Assembly (NCBI GenBank): GCA_964447525.1
Contig: CAYUSU010000001.1
Span: 26,012-90,011, forward strand
DNA length: 64,000 bases
Direction: 5' to 3'
Origin: an uncultured archaeon
GTDB taxonomy: Archaea; Aenigmatarchaeota; Aenigmatarchaeia; QMZP01; QMZT01
Under the pieces are notes generated by a model. It had not been told where the DNA came from. It saw only the letters and a program-made list of their open reading frames with translations, and made no database searches. This document shows positions 56,064-64,000 of the stretch, piece after piece (the first letter of the stretch is position 1; each line of letters opens with the position of its first letter). The position numbers were made by a program, and so were the translations under genes.

Positions 56064-58090
56064 ATATTTTTCAGCTCCTTCAGAATCTCGTTAATCTGGG
56101 CTTTCTGTCTTTTTGAACTTTCCATGAGCTCCTTTCTTTCCAGCAGGCTCTGTGTGACCACGTTATCAAATTGACCTTTGAGCATCTTCATGTTTTCGTT
56201 GACCTTTGAAATCTTATCGTTCATATCATCGATATCCTTCTTGTTCTTATTGGTGTCCTTACCGAGACCACTGAGGAAATCGAGACCCTTGTTTATTCCG
56301 TTTATCTGAGTGATCATATCCCTCTTTTCTCTCACAGCGTCGCCTTTTATTTCATTTATAACGGTCTTCAGATCATCTATTTCCGTCGTCTTTTCACTGG
56401 TTTTTTCAACGTGGTCTTTCATCTGGAGGAGAGATCTTACCGTACCCTGAAGGTCTTCTATGTCATTCTTCATATCCTTCAGGTATTCTTTCACGTTTAA
56501 CTGCGAGTCGTTGAATTTTTCTATTTTCGTTTCGAATTTGTTTAGCTGGTTGCCGAACATCTTTATTGATGGGTTGGCCAGATCCTCCAGCTGTGATATC
56601 CTGGACTCAACGGAGTCTATGCTGTCCTTGTTGTTTTCGGTTTTCTTTTCGAATATCTTTTCCATGTCATTAAGTTTCGCATCAACGTTTTCCTTGAACT
56701 TGTAGTTTATGACCTCTTCCGCATCCCTCGTAAAATTCTTCCTTTCTTCCTCAAAATCATTTATCCTTTCTTCCATCTTCCCGATCTGGTCATCCATTAG
56801 CTGGATCGTAGGTCTGACATAATTCTCCATTTTCGTTATTTTCGAAACCATCTCGTTAACCTGTTCCTTGGCGATGATAAGGTTCTTTGTTGATTTGTCC
56901 TCAAGTTCATTGAATCTGGCAGCAGAAAAATCCTCGAAAAGATTCTTTACGTCTTCCTTCATGGATTTATTGACATATTCCCGGACTTTGCCAATCTTCT
57001 CGACAAATTCCTTCTTCATTTCCTTGGAAAATTCCTTCTGTTCATCGATCAGGTCCTTGATGTGGGTATCTTTTTCGTTGAGGGTTTCGATTATTTTTTT
57101 ATTTTCCTTTTCCTTGTCTGAAGAGTCTTCCTTTATTTTTCCTATCTCTTTGAGCCCGGCCTTTATTTTCGAAACCTCGTTCATGGTCGTTGACATCTTC
57201 TTGTTGAGGGATGCTAGAACTTCCTTTATCTTACCGACATTATTGTACAGCGGCATTACTTGGATGTCCAGTTTTTTCGTTATTTCTTTTGGTATAATAT
57301 TATTCGATATTTCGTTTGCCGATAAAACAAGCTTGTTCAGCTTTTCTATGTTTTCCGCCCCGAACTTCTCGTTAAGGAAATCAAGCCTTTCTTCCATGTT
57401 GGCAAGCTTGCTCATTTCCTTTGTCTGATCTTTTAGCCTGATGAATTTGGATTCGGATGATTCTTTGAATTCATCCAGATCACTCTTTAACTTTCTCAGA
57501 GAATTCTTTACTTCTATGAGATCATCCTTGAAATCCATCGTTTCCCCGAATGCCGATAATCCCTTTGAAACGTCTTCCCCGCCGCTGGTTGGAATATTGG
57601 GCGGTGCCGTTAACTTTTCGCTCATTTCTTTGAGAGCTGATTCTATAGAACCAATCTTTTCGTCAGTGGATTCCTGCAGCTTTGAAACGATTTTTTTAAC
57701 ATTATCACCACCAGCGCCCTTCTCGGCACTTTTTACTTTTTCACCCAACTGAGAAATAGCACCTGTTATTGCCTTGATCTGATCATTAAATTTCTTTTCG
57801 ACATTGTCAAGCATTGGTTGAACATTCTGAACGGGTTGCGACTGGATAGGTGATTTTTCCGGGAGGTTTGCCGCAGGAGCGGAAGAAATTTCATCTATTA
57901 CGCTGGCAAGGTCTTCTTTCTCGCTTTCGAGTTTTTTTATTTTTTTCTTTTGTTCTTCAAGTTCATTTTTCGCATCGTCTTTACCAGAAGCCTTTTCTAT
58001 TTCCTCGTCTAGATCATTGATACCTTCAAGACCTTTTTCTTGATCAGCCATGGACACCCCCCTCGTATTTCGTATGACAGCTTGGCTCAA
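56060..58090 (-). CDS. large K/E-rich coiled-coil protein (1st of array; ~660 aa)
   Basis: The probable start is the ATG at 58051 (MADQEKGL), preceded by GAGGGGGGTG; the track start at 58090 is TTG. It has its own promoter-like region upstream. Confidence 0.65.
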   Translation of the reverse strand: MSQAVIRNTRGVSMADQEKGLEGINDLDEEIEKASGKDDAKNELEEQKKKIKKLESEKEDLASVIDEISSAPAANLPEKSPIQSQPVQNVQPMLDNVEKKFNDQIKAITGAISQLGEKVKSAEKGAGGDNVKKIVSKLQESTDEKIGSIESALKEMSEKLTAPPNIPTSGGEDVSKGLSAFGETMDFKDDLIEVKNSLRKLKSDLDEFKESSESKFIRLKDQTKEMSKLANMEERLDFLNEKFGAENIEKLNKLVLSANEISNNIIPKEITKKLDIQVMPLYNNVGKIKEVLASLNKKMSTTMNEVSKIKAGLKEIGKIKEDSSDKEKENKKIIETLNEKDTHIKDLIDEQKEFSKEMKKEFVEKIGKVREYVNKSMKEDVKNLFEDFSAARFNELEDKSTKNLIIAKEQVNEMVSKITKMENYVRPTIQLMDDQIGKMEERINDFEEERKNFTRDAEEVINYKFKENVDAKLNDMEKIFEKKTENNKDSIDSVESRISQLEDLANPSIKMFGNQLNKFETKIEKFNDSQLNVKEYLKDMKNDIEDLQGTVRSLLQMKDHVEKTSEKTTEIDDLKTVINEIKGDAVREKRDMITQINGINKGLDFLSGLGKDTNKNKKDIDDMNDKISKVNENMKMLKGQFDNVVTQSLLERKELMESSKRQKAQINEILKELKNI

Positions 58091-58132
58091 TCCTTATGAG
58101 CTGTCTTGCGCTGGTTTCGTATGACAGCTTGG
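58068..58132 (-). promoter_or_regulatory. two ~25-bp direct repeats (TTTCGTATGACAGCTTGG[C/T]TC[A/G]ATC) in the 5' leader of the first coiled-coil gene
   Basis: Copies at 58068..58092 and 58115..58139, 47 bp apart. Confidence 0.4.
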
Positions 58133-58163
58133 TTCGATCAATATTATCTGCAGTTCTTGTTTA

Positions 58164-58193
58164 TTGTACAAAAGTACTATATATATTGTACAA
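58164..58193 (-). promoter_or_regulatory. promoter-like region of the coiled-coil array: two palindromic TTGTACAA boxes flanking TATATATA
   Basis: TTGTACAAAAGTAC TATATATA TTGTACAA at 58164..58193, ~110-140 bp upstream of the ATG at 58051. Confidence 0.4.
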
Positions 58194-58321
58194 TTTATAC
58201 TTAATGTAAACTTGCATGATTTATAAATAACTCTGGAAAACTTGAACAAAACATGTGAGTCGTCATTCGAAATAAACACTGGACGACGTGGACAAAAAAC
58301 ATATAAAATTCTTCACTTAGA

Positions 58322-59155
58322 TTATATCATTTTCTTTATCTCGTCTTTTGTTATCAGTTCCCTTTGCTGTTTCTCCCGCCCAACACCGAATAATTTCAGG
58401 AATGATGTAAAAAATCCTTGTGGTTTGTATTCTATCCCAAGAAGTTTTCCGGCCAGTTTTTTATATTCTTTACCAGAAGGGGAATTCGGATTGTAAAGCA
58501 CGACTGGTACCTTAAGCGCAAGGCTTTTGAGAATATTCTTGTCCATGGGGACCGTGGATATTATCGGGAGTTCAACAAGTTGTTCGATCTCCTGAGAACT
58601 AAGTTCGTATTTCTCTTTACCTACCATGTTCAATACGACACCGAGTGCTTTGGTTCCTATGTCATTCGCAACCTGATGGCATTTTATTATGTCCATTGTA
58701 GACGGAACGAAAGGCGTATTTATGAAAATCACTTCATCGCTTGCCTGGAGTGTCGCCATTGCATCCCTCCCGAGGCCCGGCGCTGAGTCGAGAAGAATTA
58801 TGTCAGTCTTACCGAAAAGATCCTTTATCACGTGTTTGAGTTTGGCTATGTCCACTCCCTTCAGGTCATTGTACGAAAGGGAAGCCGGTATAACCCTTAG
58901 ACCCGGTATGTGATAATCATACATTGCATCGTGTATCTTCACTTCGTCTTTCAGAACCTGGTTCAGCGTGACAGGGCAATAATACATCCCGAGATAAAGA
59001 CCGAGATGCGATGTTGAAATGTTCGTATCAATAATCACTACATCTTTTTTGTAGTGTGAAGCGAGAATGGAACCTAGATTCGCCACGGTCGTAGTCTTAC
59101 CGACTCCGCCTTTCCCCGACACGATTCCAATGACCCTGGTCATTATAACACCCAA
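58322..59155 (-). CDS. MinD/ParA-family deviant Walker-A ATPase
   Basis: GIVSGKGGVGKTTTVANLG deviant Walker A and LDSAPGLG Walker B; 277 aa. Confidence 0.85.
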   Translation of the reverse strand: MGVIMTRVIGIVSGKGGVGKTTTVANLGSILASHYKKDVVIIDTNISTSHLGLYLGMYYCPVTLNQVLKDEVKIHDAMYDYHIPGLRVIPASLSYNDLKGVDIAKLKHVIKDLFGKTDIILLDSAPGLGRDAMATLQASDEVIFINTPFVPSTMDIIKCHQVANDIGTKALGVVLNMVGKEKYELSSQEIEQLVELPIISTVPMDKNILKSLALKVPVVLYNPNSPSGKEYKKLAGKLLGIEYKPQGFFTSFLKLFGVGREKQQRELITKDEIKKMI

Positions 59156-59188
59156 TGAATATTTTGTTTCCCAATTTATTATATTGGT

Positions 59189-59860
59189 TTATTGCCACTT
59201 AATACTGCACAATATTCTCGAAAGTTCGTTCTCGTTACGGACAACCATCGGGAAATCCTTTGCGTTTTTGAACTCAGAGTTTAGCTTGAACATGTAATTT
59301 ATCATGTTTTTTTCAGACGAAAGCGATATCAGAGTGGATATTATTCTCAACACCACGTCTGCCTTATATTTCCTAGTGAAAGACATTATGTTGGAAAATA
59401 GCACGAACATGAATATGTCTGAAAATATGTTCTGCCCGCTTCTTCCCACTATGTGTTTATCTCCCTTGTAAAGAAGCTTTATTTTCTTTATGTCAAAAAG
59501 AACGTTATGGTATTTCTGGACGAATTTTTGCACTATATTCCATTTTTCCCTTATCAGATTGTTAGGCATCCACTGTCCGGGCGCTTCCAGTACCTCCAAA
59601 GGCCTGTATTTTTCGTTTATGAAGCTAGGAATCCATTCGAACCTGGGTTTTAGGTGTTTTCCCGATTTCGTGAGGTATCCTTCGTTTATCATACATCTGA
59701 AAAGTGGCTTTCCGAGACTCGATTCATTGTGGTAAAGGTAGTTGGTTTTTATGTTCCACTCGTTCTGTATGCTAAACAAAGAGACCCCTTTCTCGCTTCC
59801 GGCGCAATTTAACCATATCAACCAGAAGTTTTTATAACCGGTAAGCTTCGACCTTGTCAT
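59189..59860 (-). CDS. hypothetical protein (223 aa) immediately upstream of the MinD-like gene
   Basis: 33-bp gap to the MinD gene, so probably co-transcribed. A TTATAAAT TATA-like box lies ~45 bp upstream. Confidence 0.5.
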   Translation of the reverse strand: MTRSKLTGYKNFWLIWLNCAGSEKGVSLFSIQNEWNIKTNYLYHNESSLGKPLFRCMINEGYLTKSGKHLKPRFEWIPSFINEKYRPLEVLEAPGQWMPNNLIREKWNIVQKFVQKYHNVLFDIKKIKLLYKGDKHIVGRSGQNIFSDIFMFVLFSNIMSFTRKYKADVVLRIISTLISLSSEKNMINYMFKLNSEFKNAKDFPMVVRNENELSRILCSIKWQ

Positions 59861-60036
59861 AAATGATCAGTATTTCTTGTATGAATATACTATTAACGGA
59901 TTTATAAGTGTTTCTTCTTCGTGGCTATGCGTATCGATAATATGAGAGTTTACGTTTGTACTAAAAATTTTCGAAGAAAGACACCTTACCCCCAAAAATG
60001 AACATTAGACGTATGTTATAATCGATTTTTTTTAGC

Positions 60037-60054
60037 TAAAAAAATTATATGTTT
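60037..60054. terminator. AT palindrome TTTTTTTAGCTAAAAAAA downstream of the giant surface protein gene; a T-tract on both strands
   Basis: Perfect palindrome centred on AGCT. Archaeal termination commonly occurs at oligo-T tracts. Confidence 0.35.
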
Positions 60055-60078
60055 GTACTATTTATAGCATATAAATTT

Positions 60079-63000
60079 TCACAGTTTATTCATTGTTGAC
60101 TCTATTGATTTTAATTTCTTTTCGTTCCTGCTCTTCAGGTCGTTATATGCCTTCTCTGATATGATTCCTTCCTGGTATTCCTTTTCGATGAGAGTGAGTA
60201 CCCTCTTTACGTTCTCGGTCTCTTTAGTGAGGGAACCCTTCTCTTCTATCTTCTTGACCGTTACCGTTGTCGGGCGAGGTACGCCGGATGCCTGGAACTT
60301 GAATAATTTCTCAGCGGCTCCCCTCATCCTCTTCATAAATATCAGCATCACTACCACTGCGCAAATAAGTACTGTCAGAAGAACGATAAGCCACGGAGGG
60401 AAGGTTGTGACCAAAAGAATATCAAGGAACGGTGCTTCGGCAAGAAGATACTTGGCTCTCTCTATGAATTTCCATCCGACGAACACCGCTTCTAAAGAAT
60501 CATCATATCTTTTTTCAGAAAGATACCTTTCAGCATCACGTATGGATTCCCTGACATTATCCAGAAGCGGCTCTATCTCCGACACGTCTTTTCCTATTTC
60601 CTTCGCGTTTTCAACATCTATCTCCAGTTCCTGAAGAGCTTTCTTCAGTCTTTCTACTTCCCACTCTATCAATTCCGCTCTCGAACCGAAAACCGTTACT
60701 GACATGGTCTTCTCGTCGCTTGTCTGGTTTGCCGCAATGGCAAGAAGATTTCCTATGTATTCTTTCGCTTCCGCGTTTACCGGCATGGTGATCTTGATCG
60801 AGAATGTCGTTTCTTCCCCCCTCTTTAATTCGCTGATCTCTCCCGGAGTTATTTCAAACCATGGAGTCGGAAGTCTTCTAAATTTAAGTGAGATGTTGTA
60901 TACGGTGACGTTTCCTGTGTTCTTCACAGTTACTGTTGGATATTTTGTCTGGCCTGCTTCTATTCCCATTTCCTGCGGATAATTTATGATTTCTATTCGC
61001 GGCGTTCCTGTTGGAACTTGTCCGGAAGGAGCCGGTCCGGCAGGGGCAGCCCCTCCAGGACCTTCAGGACCGGGTTCTGGTCCAGGGCCTGGCCCCGGTG
61101 CGCACTCGACAACATAGAACGTATCATTAGCTGTTGCGAAAAGAGTATTGTTGGAATCATAAGTAAGCCTCACGTTCAGCGTGTATTGTCCTAGTGGCTG
61201 GTAAGAAACGATAGGAAGGCTTTCCGTGTGATTTTCCGTCATTCCACCTTCCACTTCCTCTGAAATAGAACTGTAAGCCCATGTGGTGTTACCATCGGAC
61301 ACCCAGAACTCAACAAGATTTTCCGTTGCAGCTTCTCCCTCGTTGGTCATGGTTATGATGAAGTCGGCCATGTCTGCCTGACACACTTCGTATTCCAACA
61401 TATCAACGCTTACATGATAAGGACCGCCGGAAACGATTCGGAATGCTTTCATGTCCCATGATTCCTTTCCGTCATACTTGGTTCTCAATATTGCAAGATA
61501 TGGTCCGGTCGCTACAGCGTCTCCTATGAATTCAGTATATGACCAGAATCCAGGGTATGATTGGTTCATGTCATTCTTCGTCAGGCTTCTCCAGACGGTC
61601 GGGGAATATCCGGAAGTATAATATATGGTAAGATCAATCTCGTCCGGATCGGTGTAGTTGCCGTGGTCAAGCATTATAACGCTGGCTGTCATGAATCCAT
61701 TCTTGATTGTCATATCCTGAATATCGACCTTAGCCGTTATCTCGCTTTCCCCTCTGACTTCGAACTGTTCTATGGACGAATTGTATACGCTGAAATTTAC
61801 GTACTCATCCATGTATGATGAATTCTTGGTCAGCGTGTAATTACCTTCGTTCGCATCCGACGGTATCAGTAGCATGAGTCCACCGTATCCATTTGAAGCC
61901 GTCGTTGTGGAACTCCCCGTCCAAAGGTAGTGAGTAACATCATTACCCAGAGGATCTTCCAGCGTAACGTTTACTTCTGTTCCTCCCAGAGGGTATCCGA
62001 AATATTCATGGCTGTAGAAAAGTATGGAACCTATATCTCCCTGATAATAATCACCGACAGAGACGTCCGTGAAGAGGTTGTTGTAAACTATCATTTCATC
62101 ACTGAGTATCTTGAATCTGTTCTGATTATCTATCGCATGGAAGGTGATGTTGTAACTTCCTGTGACAGTGGTGTTGCCCCACGTTCCGTGAGTGATGTCA
62201 TTCGGATATTCTATCTGGTAAAAGAATACGTATTTCGAACCGTTGATTATGAAACCAAGATTGTTCATGTCCCTCTGAAGTGTGATGTTTTCCGGAGTGG
62301 TTATGTTTACGTACATGGTTTTTATTCCGACTGCCGAATGATCCGTGACGTTAGCATAAATCATAACATCCCCCGTCTGTTCTGTTATGTTCGGGGTTAT
62401 TTCATACGAAATGTCCGGCTTTACGAACGGGTTGAGGACTGATTGCAATATCCTCGACGATGGATCGGATTCCGGCTGGTCTCCGGATATAGTGTAATTG
62501 GTATAATAAAACACCAACGGAGCGCCTGTCGCATTGTAGTTGAGAGCGAACACATACGATGAAAGGTTCTTTACCTCGAAATTCGTGACATTCGTCCACG
62601 TGTATCCGGCCATATTTGTTGGGCCTGTCTGCGGGATGATAGTGAAATTAATGGGAACGTTTCCGGTGTTGTTTATGGTAACGTTGCACACGTTACCAAC
62701 AAGAGGGGTCATGACCTTTTCGCAAAATACCGGGCTCATCGTCCATGTTCTGATGTTGGAAACGGTTATCGTCAGATTAATTTCATGATAACCGGCATTA
62801 TCACTGGTGACATTTATGATACCTGTATGTACACCCGTTTCGTATCCGAGAGGCACGGAAACGTTTATGTCAACTCCCGTGACCTCTCCGGGGTTGAGCG
62901 TTGCGATGCTTGGAGCGTCGAAAGTGATATTAAAATCACTGGTGATGTTGGTGACGTTGAAAGTGATGTTGTAGACGTAATAATTGCCGGTGTTGTTAAG

Positions 63001-64000
63001 GAGGAAGAAACCAAGATAATTATCCTGTCCGTGCGTGACGTTGCCGCTTACGGAACTCTGCATTAGATTGTACATTGGCCTGGATGTCACGTTTATGTAA
63101 ATCTGGCTCATGTTAGATTTTATCCCATCACCGGGATCAGTCCAGTATGACGTCACGTTCACATAATAATCACCCGGTGGCGTCCCCTCGGTTACTATTA
63201 GCTTGAACGAGGTCGAGCAGTTAGAACCTTTCGTTACGTTGCCACAATCATGAGAACTCGTATTTGCCGTTATGTTGGTTGAAGAATACGCCAAAGTTAT
63301 GTTGGAGAAATATGCCGTCACGTTTCCGAGGTTCTCCGTGAACACGTATACGGAAAAATTCTGATCGTTGTAGTAGGAAATGTTGTCGGCAGTGAAATTG
63401 GTCTGGCTGACGTTTATGCTCATGTTAGTTCCTGACACGACCATAGTCACGTTTATTGTTTTATATCCGTCATTACCTGAAGTCACGTTTATGATCCCGT
63501 TGTAGAATCCCGGAGAATGTCCTGACGTCACGTTGGCCAGCAACATTACTGTATAACCGTTTCCCTGGCTTATTGATGAAATGCCTGTCGGATCAAAATC
63601 AAACGAAAAGTTCGAATCGAATCCGGATACTGTGTAGTTGATATCCGTAAGAGGGGCGTTCCCGCTCGCATAAACTGTGAAATTATTCGAATTTGCGAGT
63701 GTTTTTCCGCGTCCGATTTTTCCGGTGAGATTGTAATGCGATAATGAAAGGCTAACATTGTCGTTTACAGTCACATTGATCCATGTGTTGTTGTTACCTT
63801 TGGTAGAATCGTAATTGTCCCAGTCCACGGAAACGTTTATCGAATAATTGCCCGCCGGAGTCCCTCCGAGGGCGGTTACGGTGAAATTCTTTTCGCAGTA
63901 ATTCGATATTAGTACATTTCCGCAGGACTTGTTTTGGGAATCCGCGGTGAAGTTGTTGTCCGGGAATCCAAGCGAGATGTTTACGTTGAACGCGCTCCCG
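60079..64000 (-). CDS. giant surface glycoprotein (>=1306 aa, 5' end beyond the window). It has a Pro/Gly-rich linker, a TM helix and a ~90-aa cytoplasmic helical tail
   Basis: The frame stays open from 63828 to the window end (own translation; the track start at 63828 is a GTG). PGPGPGPEPGPEGPGGAAPAGPAPS linker, a TM helix (WLIVLLTVLICAVVVMLIF), and a very high N-x-S/T sequon density. Confidence 0.75.
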   Translation of the reverse strand, partial: GSAFNVNISLGFPDNNFTADSQNKSCGNVLISNYCEKNFTVTALGGTPAGNYSINVSVDWDNYDSTKGNNNTWINVTVNDNVSLSLSHYNLTGKIGRGKTLANSNNFTVYASGNAPLTDINYTVSGFDSNFSFDFDPTGISSISQGNGYTVMLLANVTSGHSPGFYNGIINVTSGNDGYKTINVTMVVSGTNMSINVSQTNFTADNISYYNDQNFSVYVFTENLGNVTAYFSNITLAYSSTNITANTSSHDCGNVTKGSNCSTSFKLIVTEGTPPGDYYVNVTSYWTDPGDGIKSNMSQIYINVTSRPMYNLMQSSVSGNVTHGQDNYLGFFLLNNTGNYYVYNITFNVTNITSDFNITFDAPSIATLNPGEVTGVDINVSVPLGYETGVHTGIINVTSDNAGYHEINLTITVSNIRTWTMSPVFCEKVMTPLVGNVCNVTINNTGNVPINFTIIPQTGPTNMAGYTWTNVTNFEVKNLSSYVFALNYNATGAPLVFYYTNYTISGDQPESDPSSRILQSVLNPFVKPDISYEITPNITEQTGDVMIYANVTDHSAVGIKTMYVNITTPENITLQRDMNNLGFIINGSKYVFFYQIEYPNDITHGTWGNTTVTGSYNITFHAIDNQNRFKILSDEMIVYNNLFTDVSVGDYYQGDIGSILFYSHEYFGYPLGGTEVNVTLEDPLGNDVTHYLWTGSSTTTASNGYGGLMLLIPSDANEGNYTLTKNSSYMDEYVNFSVYNSSIEQFEVRGESEITAKVDIQDMTIKNGFMTASVIMLDHGNYTDPDEIDLTIYYTSGYSPTVWRSLTKNDMNQSYPGFWSYTEFIGDAVATGPYLAILRTKYDGKESWDMKAFRIVSGGPYHVSVDMLEYEVCQADMADFIITMTNEGEAATENLVEFWVSDGNTTWAYSSISEEVEGGMTENHTESLPIVSYQPLGQYTLNVRLTYDSNNTLFATANDTFYVVECAPGPGPGPEPGPEGPGGAAPAGPAPSGQVPTGTPRIEIINYPQEMGIEAGQTKYPTVTVKNTGNVTVYNISLKFRRLPTPWFEITPGEISELKRGEETTFSIKITMPVNAEAKEYIGNLLAIAANQTSDEKTMSVTVFGSRAELIEWEVERLKKALQELEIDVENAKEIGKDVSEIEPLLDNVRESIRDAERYLSEKRYDDSLEAVFVGWKFIERAKYLLAEAPFLDILLVTTFPPWLIVLLTVLICAVVVMLIFMKRMRGAAEKLFKFQASGVPRPTTVTVKKIEEKGSLTKETENVKRVLTLIEKEYQEGIISEKAYNDLKSRNEKKLKSIESTMNKL

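Noticed and set aside
48488-57752. Numerous plus-strand ORFs (e.g. 49997..50824 275 aa, 53698..54375 225 aa, 54406..55008 200 aa, 56868..57428 186 aa) encoding S/F/L-rich low-complexity peptides
   Set aside because: They are antisense shadows of the K/E-rich coiled-coil genes: GAA/AAG codons read in reverse give TTC/CTT, i.e. Phe/Leu/Ser-rich frames. They fall entirely inside the longer minus-strand ORFs.
48454-58090. Possibility that the six coiled-coil ORFs are one giant gene broken by frameshifts
   Set aside because: The adjacent genes have paralogous N-termini with their own start codons, and overlaps of the ATGA/short type typical of coupled genes. This cannot be fully excluded without read-level data, so it is kept as a caveat in the finding.
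59453-59735. Plus-strand ORFs 59453..59653 and 59490..59735
   Set aside because: Short ORFs antisense to the 223-aa gene upstream of the MinD-like gene, with no supporting signals.
1-64000. Search for rRNA, tRNA, CRISPR arrays, transposases, integrases and prophage genes
   Set aside because: No intergenic region is long or structured enough for rRNA, and no cloverleaf-like GC-rich ~75-nt segment was found in the gaps. There are no regularly spaced short repeats and no DDE, tyrosine-recombinase or terminase-like translations. The only repeats are intragenic or paralog duplications.

Overview
This 64 kb window looks like a chromosomal segment of a low-GC archaeon. GC is roughly 40% by eye (not computed), codon usage is AGA/AGG/ATA-rich, and the marker genes are archaeal: ABCE1, ribosomal protein L15e, archaeal Pth2, prefoldin alpha, Vps4/ESCRT-III and class-III-signal pilins. 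Core housekeeping genes are interleaved with accessory islands. The housekeeping genes recognised are abce1, rpl15e, pyrH, cutA, argS, pyrG, pth2, pfdA, argF, ADP-forming acetyl-CoA synthetase alpha/beta, and POR gamma/delta. The accessory content is: (i) an ESCRT-III (Snf7-like) gene plus a Vps4 (MIT-AAA) gene followed by an unusual 582-aa TPR/beta-rich protein. (ii) An Mrp/Mbh-like membrane module with hydrogenase-type NuoB and NuoC-like subunits but no catalytic NuoD/H/I genes, with an isolated hypC about 10 kb away. (iii) An archaeal type-IV-pilus-like locus with two tandem pilin genes that share a perfectly identical 335-bp 5' segment and diverge at the 3' ends, plus split TadB/TadC-like membrane genes and no ATPase. 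(iv) A 1433-aa VWA-domain protein with a pilin-like class III signal. (v) A surface-glycoprotein island with a small wHTH regulator, a palindromic candidate operator and a 1243-aa LamG-domain protein containing a ~1.6 kb tandem duplication. (vi) The most striking feature: a MinD/ParA-type ATPase gene followed by a tightly coupled array of six consecutive large K/E-rich coiled-coil proteins (about 9.6 kb, about 3250 aa). These have paralogous N-termini, internal perfect nucleotide repeats and a structured promoter region, and are a candidate undescribed cytoskeletal/positioning system. All secreted proteins are extremely rich in N-glycosylation sequons. No rRNA, tRNA, CRISPR array, transposase or integrase was recognised. 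All calls come from reading the translations and the DNA by eye; no database searches were run.
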